Positions 8,107 through 16,355 of a stretch of 27,007 bases of DNA are shown in pieces. The stretch covers positions 1 through 27,007 of the IMG/VR virus record IMGVR_UViG_3300020042_010878; one strand, written 5' to 3'. The stretch comes from a virus (lineage: Duplodnaviria > Caudoviricetes). The stretch's first letter is position 1; the number at the start of each line of letters is the position of its first letter. The position numbers and the translations under genes are program-made. The notes under the pieces are model-generated. The model saw only the letters and a list, made by a program, of their open reading frames with translations. It made no database searches and was not told the origin of the DNA.

Positions 8107-9327
8107 ATGCCGCTGAAAAAAGGTTCGTCCCAAAAAACAATAAGCTCCAATATTTCGGAGATGATGCATTCTGGCCACCCGCAAGATCAAGCTATCGCGG
8201 CGGCGTTGAACGTTGCTCGGAACACAAAGGCAATGGGCGGTGGGGGATCAACGCGGATAAAGCTAGGAAACAAAAAAACAGCCCCCAACATTAAAGGGTT
8301 TATGGATGAGTTTTATAAAAACACAAATGATCATCCGTTTGATAGCCGCACTCGCATTTTAGGGAATACAACGGTTGATCTCCAACCTCATAGTGAAGGT
8401 GTGCATCTCAGCGATATTCGATCTCTTGCACCTCGTTCTGGAGCGGGTACAGATGCCTTAAAGTATCTTACTACCCTTGCCGACAAACATAACGTGCCGC
8501 TTGATGGAACCGCGAAAGCATACCACCCAGACAAAAAGTACATTGGCTCCAATAAAAAATTGGCAAGTTGGTACGCGGACAATGGGTTCAAAGTTGACCA
8601 CGATTATGATGATGATGGTGAGGGGTATGAAGTAAACTACGATCCAAACCCTCGTGAGGGCCGCGCAATGGGCGGCGGTCTTTACGCCAATATCCACGCC
8701 AAGAGGGAACGAATCGCCCACGGTTCAAAAGAGAAAATGCGGAAGCCAAATTCAAAAGGCGCACCAACCGCCAAAGCGTTTAAAATTTCTGCTCGGACGG
8801 CGAAGGCGGGTGGCGGTCCATTTGCCGACATGTCTTACACCAAAGCTGACATGTCATATACAAAACCTGATTTTCCTTATCCAATGAATAAAGTTCATGA
8901 AGGCCCGATCCACTCTCCAGTCGCCGGACGAACGGATCATTTGCCGATGAATGTTGATTCCGGATCCTATGTAATTCCGGCTGATATCATTTCAGCGATG
9001 GGCGAAGGCAACACAATGGCGGGGTTCAAGGTCGCCAGAAAGATGTTCTCCTCACAACCCTACATGCAGAACGACAAACAGCCCTACGACCCTTCTCCGA
9101 GCCCGTATGCCGAAGGCAAGCCATACGGCGCAAGAGCATCCGGCGGGGCGGCTCCTGTAGAGATTGTGGCGGCGGGTGGAGAATATGTTATAAAGCCTGA
9201 TGATGTTGTTAAAATTGGTAATGGCGACATGGATCATGGGCATGAAGTTCTCGATCATTTTGTTAAACAATATCGAAAGAGAACTATTGAGACGTTGAAA
9301 AAGTTACCTGGCCCTAAGAGAGATTGA
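8107..9327 (+). CDS. Modular putative internal virion protein with GNAT-like insert
   Basis: GAGG RBS then ATG at 8107 (MPLKKGSSQKTISSNISEM); modules separated by KAMGG, RAMGG, KAGGG and RASGG; C-terminal GRTDHLP...GSYVIPAD and GGEYVI motifs. Confidence 0.7.
   Translation: MPLKKGSSQKTISSNISEMMHSGHPQDQAIAAALNVARNTKAMGGGGSTRIKLGNKKTAPNIKGFMDEFYKNTNDHPFDSRTRILGNTTVDLQPHSEGVHLSDIRSLAPRSGAGTDALKYLTTLADKHNVPLDGTAKAYHPDKKYIGSNKKLASWYADNGFKVDHDYDDDGEGYEVNYDPNPREGRAMGGGLYANIHAKRERIAHGSKEKMRKPNSKGAPTAKAFKISARTAKAGGGPFADMSYTKADMSYTKPDFPYPMNKVHEGPIHSPVAGRTDHLPMNVDSGSYVIPADIISAMGEGNTMAGFKVARKMFSSQPYMQNDKQPYDPSPSPYAEGKPYGARASGGAAPVEIVAAGGEYVIKPDDVVKIGNGDMDHGHEVLDHFVKQYRKRTIETLKKLPGPKRD
8242..8661 (+). other. 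GNAT-fold acetyltransferase-like domain within 8107-9327
   Basis: VHLSDIRSLAPRSGAGTDALKYLTTLADKHNVPL (acetyl-CoA motif A, RxGxG) and KLASWYADNGF (motif B). Confidence 0.65.
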
Positions 9328-9329
9328 TT

Positions 9330-9842
9330 ATGGAAAAAGAACTCAGCGTTCGTGTTGGCACGCCGGAAGACATCGATGGGATGATGAAACTGGCTACTGC
9401 GGCATGCGAAGAGAACGGTTTGACCAATCCTAATCCTATGAAGCTCTTAGGCGAGCTTTGGGCGGGGCTGACAAGGGATCACGGCATTGTCGGCATCATT
9501 GGCAATCCTGAAGAGCAATTTGAAGCCGCAATCTTGTTGCGCACAGAGTCTCTTTGGTACTCGGACGATTTGACGATTGTCGAACGGGCAATTTTCGTTC
9601 ATCCTGATTACCGAAGCGCAAAAGGTGGTCGGGCAAGAAAACTCTGTGAATTTGCAAAACAAGCCGCAGAAGTTTTACAATTGCCATTGGTGATTGGGAT
9701 CTTGAGTTCTCATAGGGCTGAAGGCAAGGTTAGACTTTACGAACGGCAATTTGGCCCACAGTCGGGTGCTTATTGGATTTATGGCAAAAAGACAGGTGAA
9801 TGGGCAGATGAAGCTCAACCTGAAAACTTGACGGAGCACTAA
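9330..9842 (+). CDS. GNAT-family acetyltransferase-like protein in the virion module
   Basis: VRVGTPEDI start, IFVHPDYRSAKGGRARKL motif A, RLYER; lies directly before the ejection-like genes, as in many podoviruses. Confidence 0.75.
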   Translation: MEKELSVRVGTPEDIDGMMKLATAACEENGLTNPNPMKLLGELWAGLTRDHGIVGIIGNPEEQFEAAILLRTESLWYSDDLTIVERAIFVHPDYRSAKGGRARKLCEFAKQAAEVLQLPLVIGILSSHRAEGKVRLYERQFGPQSGAYWIYGKKTGEWADEAQPENLTEH

Positions 9843-9843
9843 C

Positions 9844-12800
9844 ATGGGCGGGAAAACCGGAACCACAAGTTCAGCGACCACGATCCCTCCCGAAGTCTTG
9901 GCGCGTTACAATGCCGTGAACACTCGTGCCGAGGGCGTTGCCGCAAAGCCTTTTCAGCAATACGGCACAACTCCGGAACAATTTGTTGCTCCGTTAAATG
10001 AACAACAAAGGACAGGTCAGGCTGGCATGAACCAGTACGCCAATGCGGCGCAACCTGTTTTGAACCAAGTTCAACAAGGCTACACCCCCGAGGGTTTCTC
10101 TCAAGGCGTAAAGGGTTACATGAACCCTTACCTCGAGAGCGCGGTTGCCTCGACAAGAAATCAAATGCAAAATGTTGCGGGTCAACAGCAAGCTCAGATG
10201 AAGGGCTCCGCGATCGGCCAAGGCGCGTTTGGCGGCGATCGAGCCAATATTGGTATGGGAAACTTGATCAATCAGCAGAACCTTGCTCTCGGTCAGACGA
10301 TTGGTGGCATGGAATCGCAAGGTTTCCAAAACGCCGCACAGAATTATATGTCAGGTCTTGGTCAACGTGGTCAGACAGCCCTTGCCGCCCAACAGGCGGG
10401 GCTACAGGGATCTCAGGCGCAAATCGGCGCGGGAACCCTTGGTCAACAGACTGAACAGGCCGGAAAGACCGCTCTGTACAACCAGTTCTTGCAAGAACAG
10501 GCATATCCGTATCAGGTCGCTCAATTCCTTGCAAACGTCGCAATGGGGACTGGTGCGTTGTCCGGCTCGAACACAACAACAACTCAGCCAATGTCGTTCT
10601 TCTCGGATGAACGGCTCAAAGAAGGCATTGAAAAGATCGGTAAGACCTTCGACGGTCAGGACATCATCAAGTTTCGTTACAAAGGTGAGGACGGGCCCAA
10701 GCAAATTGGCCTTTCGGCTCAGAACGTTGAAAAGCACCACCCCGAAGCCGTTGGCTTGGCTAAGGGATACAAGACCGTTGACTACGATGCGGCAACAAAA
10801 GAATCCGCTCGCCGCGGACATTTTGAAGAAGGTGGTTTGGTGTCTGAAGGCGGTGCCGTTGGCATGCAACACATGGGACAAGGGTTTGCTGATGGGGGCG
10901 GGGCTTACGATCCTTACGACCCATACTCCATTCAAAACATCATTGCTCGTCAACAAGGGTTCTTTGACAGTGGCGATCGTAGCCATGTTCCGTCGTCTCG
11001 TGCTCTATATGGCGGGATTAGCAAACATGGCCGCGTTCCGGAAGCAAACTTGCCTGTTGGTCGGTTGATGGTTTCTGAAGCACCGAGGATTCAACAAGAC
11101 GATGCAATAAATCGTATGCAACAGCTTTCTAGCTTGGGTGAATCCGCGACAAAGTATTATGATAAATACCAAGAGTGGAAAGAAAAACAAGCCGTGGCAA
11201 AAGCGGCTGCAGAACCCAAAGAAGGGCTTTCAAAAACGGAAGCGCGTGGTGGCCTTGTAGGCTACGCCACCGGAGGCATGCCTTACGATTTAGATTCAGA
11301 TCCTAAAAAGCTCGACATTCCGGATGATACGTCAAAAATAAAACTTCCGGATGCTAAAAACCTGCCTGGCACCATGCAAGACCCGACAATGTCGGATATC
11401 ATGAAAATTGTAGGAATGTTTAAAGCAGACGGCGGTCGTGCGGGTTACGCGACAGATGGTGCGGTTGATGATAGATTCCCTGTTAAACCAGAACAGCGTC
11501 CCGCTGCTCCGGTACCAACGCCAGAAGAAGAAAAAGGTTCGCCTGCTTTTGCTCGTTCAGTAAACCGCACACTTCAATTTGAAGGCGGGTTGAACCCAAG
11601 GGATACAAACGGAACGCCATCTAAATTTGGCATTAATCAAGCTGCCAATCCTGATGTTTATGATAGCGTAAAAACTCCTAGTGATGCTTCTCAGGTTTAT
11701 TATAATCGTTACTGGAAACCTCTCGGGGCAGACCAGATGGATCCAAATTTGGCTCATGTAGCTTTTGATACGGCTGTTATTTCTGGCGTTGGAAGAACTA
11801 AAAAACTTCTTGCTGAATCAGGCGGCGATCCTGAAAAGCTGTTGCAACTTCGCCAACAGTTTCAAGATGGCTTAATTGCCCAAAACCCTGAGAAGTACGG
11901 CAAGTATGAAAAATCTTGGAACAATCGCGTCAATCAATTGCGCACCGATATTGGTAGCACTCTTAATTTTCCTAAAGATCAACCACAGGCAAAAGAACAA
12001 GGCTTGGCGGGTAAGACAAGCGAACCTTCTGAAAAGAAGGGCGGGTTTGGCGATTTCTTTACCGCAGAAAATGTCGTTCCTGTTTTAACAGGCTTGGCAG
12101 GCATGGCGTCATCACGTAGTCCATTCCTTGGATCCGCTATCCTCGAGGGGCTTGGGGCGGGTGCGAACGCTTATATGGGCACGCAGAAATCTCTGGCAGA
12201 TATTCGTCAGTCTGAAGCTGGTACAAAGTCTATGGAATTTGATACTCAGCGTGCGTCGTTCCAACAAACGCCTTGGGGTAATATTATGTGGGTGAGAGGG
12301 CCAAATGGGACAGCTATTCCTAAAGCCTTCTCTGACTTTAACCCAGAAACAGACATTTCTGCCGCACCACCACCGTCAGGAACTTTTAAAATTTTAGAAA
12401 GGTATTTTGGCCCACCACCGTCAGGTGGCCTTGCTTCATCTACGGATACTGTGGAAGAGCAACCAAAAGCACCTGGTCTTGTTCCAATTGAGAATATTAC
12501 AGGAACTGATATTGCCCAACCTAAACTTGATTACTACGATGATAAATCAACGCAAACTGCGGTGACAGAAAGAAAAGCAAAAGGGTCAACTGCTCTTGCG
12601 GGTGGCCCAGGTGCCGAAATTCCTATTGAAATAAGCAAGGTTTACATTTCTGGCGTTAATAAAATGGGTCAGGCCGCCCGTAATAATCAAAGCAATGTTT
12701 ATGAGATGGTAACCAACTTGTCTGACGTCGCCGCCGCAAAGGGGTGGGATTCGCCAGGTACAGCGTATACTACGCGCACTCAACTTTCTGGTATTGTAAA

Positions 12801-13287
12801 TACGATAGGTCGGGTTGTCGGAGCAAAAGAAGACATTCTTGAAGGTGACACAGAACAGCAAGTAGCGAAAAAATTGGAAACTTTAGCAGGTCTCGTGCTC
12901 GCAAGCGGAGCAGGGCAAGAGAGCGTTCGCGCATTTGATGAATTGGCAAATGCTACAGCGAACCCAAGCCAGAACCCGAAAGCGTTTGCTAAGTTGTCAT
13001 CTATGATGATGATGCAAAATAAAAGGTCGATCGACCAATTGAACCACGCGACTCGATACGGTAAAGAATCCGGAAACAGTTATGTTGATGCCCCCGCTGA
13101 TTTTGAGCGTGTAAACCCATACGAACGTTATGTTAAAGAGGCAAAAGCCTTGGAAAATGTAATGCTCAACGACCCAGCTTTGTTTAAAGATATGATAACT
13201 GGTAAAATAGAACGTTCTTCTATTGATGCCATGTTTGAAAAAGCTGGCCTTAGAGGCATGAGCAGTTACTTTGTTGGTGGGAGTTAA
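9844..13287 (+). CDS. Large internal virion / DNA ejection protein with internal peptidase S74 domain and GH108 muramidase domain
   Basis: 1147 aa; Q/G/A-rich N-terminus (MGGKTG..., YMNPY, GAFGGDR); SDERLK...IGLSAQNVEK..PEAV...VDY; FEGG...SKFGINQ...FDTAVISG...WNNRV. Confidence 0.8.
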   Translation: MGGKTGTTSSATTIPPEVLARYNAVNTRAEGVAAKPFQQYGTTPEQFVAPLNEQQRTGQAGMNQYANAAQPVLNQVQQGYTPEGFSQGVKGYMNPYLESAVASTRNQMQNVAGQQQAQMKGSAIGQGAFGGDRANIGMGNLINQQNLALGQTIGGMESQGFQNAAQNYMSGLGQRGQTALAAQQAGLQGSQAQIGAGTLGQQTEQAGKTALYNQFLQEQAYPYQVAQFLANVAMGTGALSGSNTTTTQPMSFFSDERLKEGIEKIGKTFDGQDIIKFRYKGEDGPKQIGLSAQNVEKHHPEAVGLAKGYKTVDYDAATKESARRGHFEEGGLVSEGGAVGMQHMGQGFADGGGAYDPYDPYSIQNIIARQQGFFDSGDRSHVPSSRALYGGISKHGRVPEANLPVGRLMVSEAPRIQQDDAINRMQQLSSLGESATKYYDKYQEWKEKQAVAKAAAEPKEGLSKTEARGGLVGYATGGMPYDLDSDPKKLDIPDDTSKIKLPDAKNLPGTMQDPTMSDIMKIVGMFKADGGRAGYATDGAVDDRFPVKPEQRPAAPVPTPEEEKGSPAFARSVNRTLQFEGGLNPRDTNGTPSKFGINQAANPDVYDSVKTPSDASQVYYNRYWKPLGADQMDPNLAHVAFDTAVISGVGRTKKLLAESGGDPEKLLQLRQQFQDGLIAQNPEKYGKYEKSWNNRVNQLRTDIGSTLNFPKDQPQAKEQGLAGKTSEPSEKKGGFGDFFTAENVVPVLTGLAGMASSRSPFLGSAILEGLGAGANAYMGTQKSLADIRQSEAGTKSMEFDTQRASFQQTPWGNIMWVRGPNGTAIPKAFSDFNPETDISAAPPPSGTFKILERYFGPPPSGGLASSTDTVEEQPKAPGLVPIENITGTDIAQPKLDYYDDKSTQTAVTERKAKGSTALAGGPGAEIPIEISKVYISGVNKMGQAARNNQSNVYEMVTNLSDVAAAKGWDSPGTAYTTRTQLSGIVNTIGRVVGAKEDILEGDTEQQVAKKLETLAGLVLASGAGQESVRAFDELANATANPSQNPKAFAKLSSMMMMQNKRSIDQLNHATRYGKESGNSYVDAPADFERVNPYERYVKEAKALENVMLNDPALFKDMITGKIERSSIDAMFEKAGLRGMSSYFVGGS
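10603..10790 (+). other. Peptidase S74 / intramolecular chaperone autocleavage domain (internal)
   Basis: SDERLKEGI (Ser254/Lys259 dyad pattern), FRYK, GLSAQNVEKHHPEAV, YKTVDY. Confidence 0.85.
11548..11943 (+). other. GH108 lysozyme domain (virion-associated peptidoglycan hydrolase)
   Basis: Aligns by eye with the endolysin at 3912: EGG, KFGI, YYNRYW, AFDTAVISG, W.NRV. Confidence 0.8.
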
Positions 13288-13289
13288 TC

Positions 13290-15848
13290 ATGGTTGATGA
13301 TTTACAGGAACGCTTGAACAGGGCTCTTCAAGGAACCCCACCACAGGCACCATCTATAAAAGATCGGCCAGAACCTGGTACGGTTACAAATATAACTCCT
13401 GATTGGGCAAAACAGGGTTATAACCCAGTAACTCAAACCATTGCACTTCCGAGTAATGACGAAAGACTGACGAAGGCTTTGTCAGGTCAAAAACCTGTTG
13501 CACCTTCTGAACCTGAACGTTCGGCATCATTTAATGTTGGCCGTCGTATGATGGAATCGCCTCCGAAAGATTTTTATGGTTTAAAGCCAGAGCAACAAAA
13601 ACAAGCATTGTCTGGTTTGAGCGGTTTTGGTGATACGTTTACACTGGGGTTCCAACCTTGGGCAACTGCTGCCATGACAAAAGGCGCAAGTTATTTAGAC
13701 CCGCGGGAATCTAATCGCGCCCAACGTGAAAAAATTCAATCTATGCCAATGAAAGATCTCGTTGAGATGGCTCGTGGCATGTCTAGCGAAGCGCAAACGC
13801 AATACCCAAAGACTGCTTTAGCGGGGCAAGCAACTGGCTTGGCGGGTTCGGTATTAGCATTGCCTGTCGTCCTTCCAAAGGCAGGAGCTATGGCGTCTGG
13901 AGCGGCTACTGGCGCATTATATGGTGGGTTGTCGGGATTGTCTAAAGATCTTAACCCAATTGATGCTTTAGAAGAAGGCGTAATAGGTGGTGTTGCGGGT
14001 GGAACTTTGGGCCCAATAGTTGAAAAAACAATTGGATCATTTTCAAAACTTTTATCAAAAGGTTTTAATATTGTTGATGAAAATGGCCTTTTAAGCCCTG
14101 CCGCCGCAAAAATTGCTAAAGAAGTTGGTTTGAGCGACATGGATATTGTCAGGCTTGGACCGTCTTTAGGTGCGTCGTTTAAAAAATATGGCATGCGGCC
14201 AGAGGCGGTTCGCATGGCTCAATTTGAAGAATTTGGCATTACGCCCACGCAAGGCATGGTGACAAAAGATCCAAAGTCCTTGATGCTTGAACAAAAATTG
14301 TCTGATACGAATTCTCCATATGCGAAGCCAACATATGAGAACATAAGACAACAGGCTGGAGAAACTGCGTCAACAATAACTGGACAACCTCTTTCAACAA
14401 GAGAAGCTGTTGATGTAGCGGTTCAATCAGCACAAGAAAAAGCACTTGCGGCAAGAACTGCTGCTTCACAGGCGTATACTGATGCTTCAAAACAAGGTGG
14501 TTTTTTCCCTCGAGAATCAATCACGAATGTTGGGGATACCATCATTCAGGAAATGGCTCGGGATCCGTCTAAGGGGTATCTTGTTACCAGTGATGCTGCT
14601 CAAGCCGCTGTAAAAAAATTGAATGAAACATTAGGTGCAGAACTTCCAATGAGGGGGCCACTTGTTCCAGGTGGGCAACCTATCACAAGCGTAAACCAAG
14701 ATTTCAGGGCTGTAGAGTCTGGCAGACAAGCGTTGAATACGGCTCTCACTGATGCCATGAAAAGTGGCAATAGCACTAATGTTCGAGCCGTTAATGAAGT
14801 TATTGATCAGTTTGACAACCACATTGAAAATCAAATTTCCAATGGCGCATTTGAAAGTGAAGCATTGTCTGGGCCAGAAGTTCTTAATAAATGGAGAGAA
14901 GCTCGCTCATTATGGTCTGATTACAAATCAAAATACGGAGTTCAACGGACTGGTGAAGAGGCTGGAAATCTTCTCAAACAAATCATTGATCAGGAAAAAT
15001 CATCTGATGATGTTGGCCGGATGTTGTTTAACTTTTCAACAGGTTCGGGTGACGCGAGCATGAAGGTTACGGCTATGAAAGCCATCAACCAAATGAATCG
15101 TGCTCTTGGCGCGAATAGCCCTGAAATGCAAGGCATTAAACGTTCTTTCGTCAGTGAACTTATGCAACCCGTTGATGCATCTCCGCAAGGTTTTGCTAAA
15201 ACTGCCGCTCGAATTAATGATTTTGTTAATGGAAAAGGCGCGGGTGTTGCCAACAAATTTTTAACTCCTCAAGAGCGCGGTATTCTTAATCGCTTTGCAA
15301 AAGTTATGGAAAACGCTGGCTCTGTACCTAAAGATCAACTTCAACAAGAAGTTAGTAGAATTGCAGAGACGGCTAGGCTTGTAGCTCCAACTGTTTTGAG
15401 CGGTTCATCATATTTAATTGGAGCGTTGAACCCACAATTAGCTGTTGCTCTTGCAGCGGCTGGGTATATTCCAACTGCTATTAGAGCTTATAAATCTCTT
15501 CCTAGTGTTGCAAAAAAGATTGCAAACGAACCTTTCACCGGAAAAACTCCATTACCGGACGTGCCAAGCGTTCGCACAGCAGTTCCTCTGATCGGGAATG
15601 AATATTCTGAAATGGAAGAAACGGCGTTAAACAGCGTTAATGCACAGGCAGACAGAGCAAAAAATTTAATAATGCCTCGAGCCTCCGGCGGTCGCACCAT
15701 GTCAAAAGACCCTGCCGCCAAGGCAATGGCCTTGATCGCAATGGCCGATCGTATTAAAAAAGAGCAAGGCAAGGACACGTCGTCCTTGCTGAATCTTGAT
15801 GACACAACCGTTGCGAAAGCACTGGCTGTCGCTAACAGAGGGATCTAA
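13290..15848 (+). CDS. Large internal virion / ejection protein
   Basis: 852 aa, helical; Gly/Ala-rich hydrophobic segments (GFGDTFTLG, GAATGALYGGLSG); C-terminal module after RASGG; last large gene of the structural operon. Confidence 0.65.
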   Translation: MVDDLQERLNRALQGTPPQAPSIKDRPEPGTVTNITPDWAKQGYNPVTQTIALPSNDERLTKALSGQKPVAPSEPERSASFNVGRRMMESPPKDFYGLKPEQQKQALSGLSGFGDTFTLGFQPWATAAMTKGASYLDPRESNRAQREKIQSMPMKDLVEMARGMSSEAQTQYPKTALAGQATGLAGSVLALPVVLPKAGAMASGAATGALYGGLSGLSKDLNPIDALEEGVIGGVAGGTLGPIVEKTIGSFSKLLSKGFNIVDENGLLSPAAAKIAKEVGLSDMDIVRLGPSLGASFKKYGMRPEAVRMAQFEEFGITPTQGMVTKDPKSLMLEQKLSDTNSPYAKPTYENIRQQAGETASTITGQPLSTREAVDVAVQSAQEKALAARTAASQAYTDASKQGGFFPRESITNVGDTIIQEMARDPSKGYLVTSDAAQAAVKKLNETLGAELPMRGPLVPGGQPITSVNQDFRAVESGRQALNTALTDAMKSGNSTNVRAVNEVIDQFDNHIENQISNGAFESEALSGPEVLNKWREARSLWSDYKSKYGVQRTGEEAGNLLKQIIDQEKSSDDVGRMLFNFSTGSGDASMKVTAMKAINQMNRALGANSPEMQGIKRSFVSELMQPVDASPQGFAKTAARINDFVNGKGAGVANKFLTPQERGILNRFAKVMENAGSVPKDQLQQEVSRIAETARLVAPTVLSGSSYLIGALNPQLAVALAAAGYIPTAIRAYKSLPSVAKKIANEPFTGKTPLPDVPSVRTAVPLIGNEYSEMEETALNSVNAQADRAKNLIMPRASGGRTMSKDPAAKAMALIAMADRIKKEQGKDTSSLLNLDDTTVAKALAVANRGI

Positions 15849-15849
15849 A

Positions 15850-16020
15850 ATGGAAATTACTTTTAAGCTCCACGTCAATGCCGTGAACGTTGTATTGTCA
15901 GCCCTCGCTAGGGCTCCCTACGGGGACGTAGCAGACGTTATTAACGCTATCAGGGACCAAGCCGCCCCACAGGTAGAAGCAGCCTCTAAGGCCGCTCCTG
16001 AGCCTGTTAAAGAGGATTAA
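15850..16020 (+). CDS. Hypothetical protein, 56 aa
   Basis: ATG at 15850; VNVVLSALARAPYGDVADVINAIRDQA matches a common small phage protein pattern. Confidence 0.65.
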   Translation: MEITFKLHVNAVNVVLSALARAPYGDVADVINAIRDQAAPQVEAASKAAPEPVKED

Positions 16021-16355
16021 AATTTGTCGTAAGACAAGTTGCGAACGACATAGCCATTTTTCTTGTGAGAGAATCTGGCTATGTCAAACGAATCAAACTG
16101 ATCAGACAAAAACATCACCATCATAGCGAAGATCAAACCGTCGCCATAATGCCCGACTACATCTTTGACGGGGTTGAAGTCTTCCATCTTCCTCGAGATC
16201 TTTTTCTCGAACATTCCAATGTTATCGTCTTCCGTCAAATTGTCGAACATCGGCATATCGCAAACGTAAACGATACTTTCCGCTAAATCGTCCAATGGTG
16301 ATGTATCAAATTTCAAGCTCGGGTTGGGTACGAATACCCTGTTGTATTTTACCAT
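16017..16355 (-). CDS. Hypothetical alpha/beta protein
   Basis: 112 aa, start overlapping the upstream gene; last gene of the minus-strand block. Confidence 0.65.
   Translation of the reverse strand: MVKYNRVFVPNPSLKFDTSPLDDLAESIVYVCDMPMFDNLTEDDNIGMFEKKISRKMEDFNPVKDVVGHYGDGLIFAMMVMFLSDQFDSFDIARFSHKKNGYVVRNLSYDKF

Noticed and set aside
10283-11068. 261-aa alternative-frame + strand ORF over the S74 region (possible overprinting or frameshift product)
   Set aside because: Arg/Ser/Leu-rich composition typical of off-frame reading; no convincing RBS or slippery site; the main frame is uninterrupted
12366-12425. Short direct repeat CCACCACCGTCAGG (PPPSG twice)
   Set aside because: Lies in a low-complexity Pro-rich linker with no evidence of function
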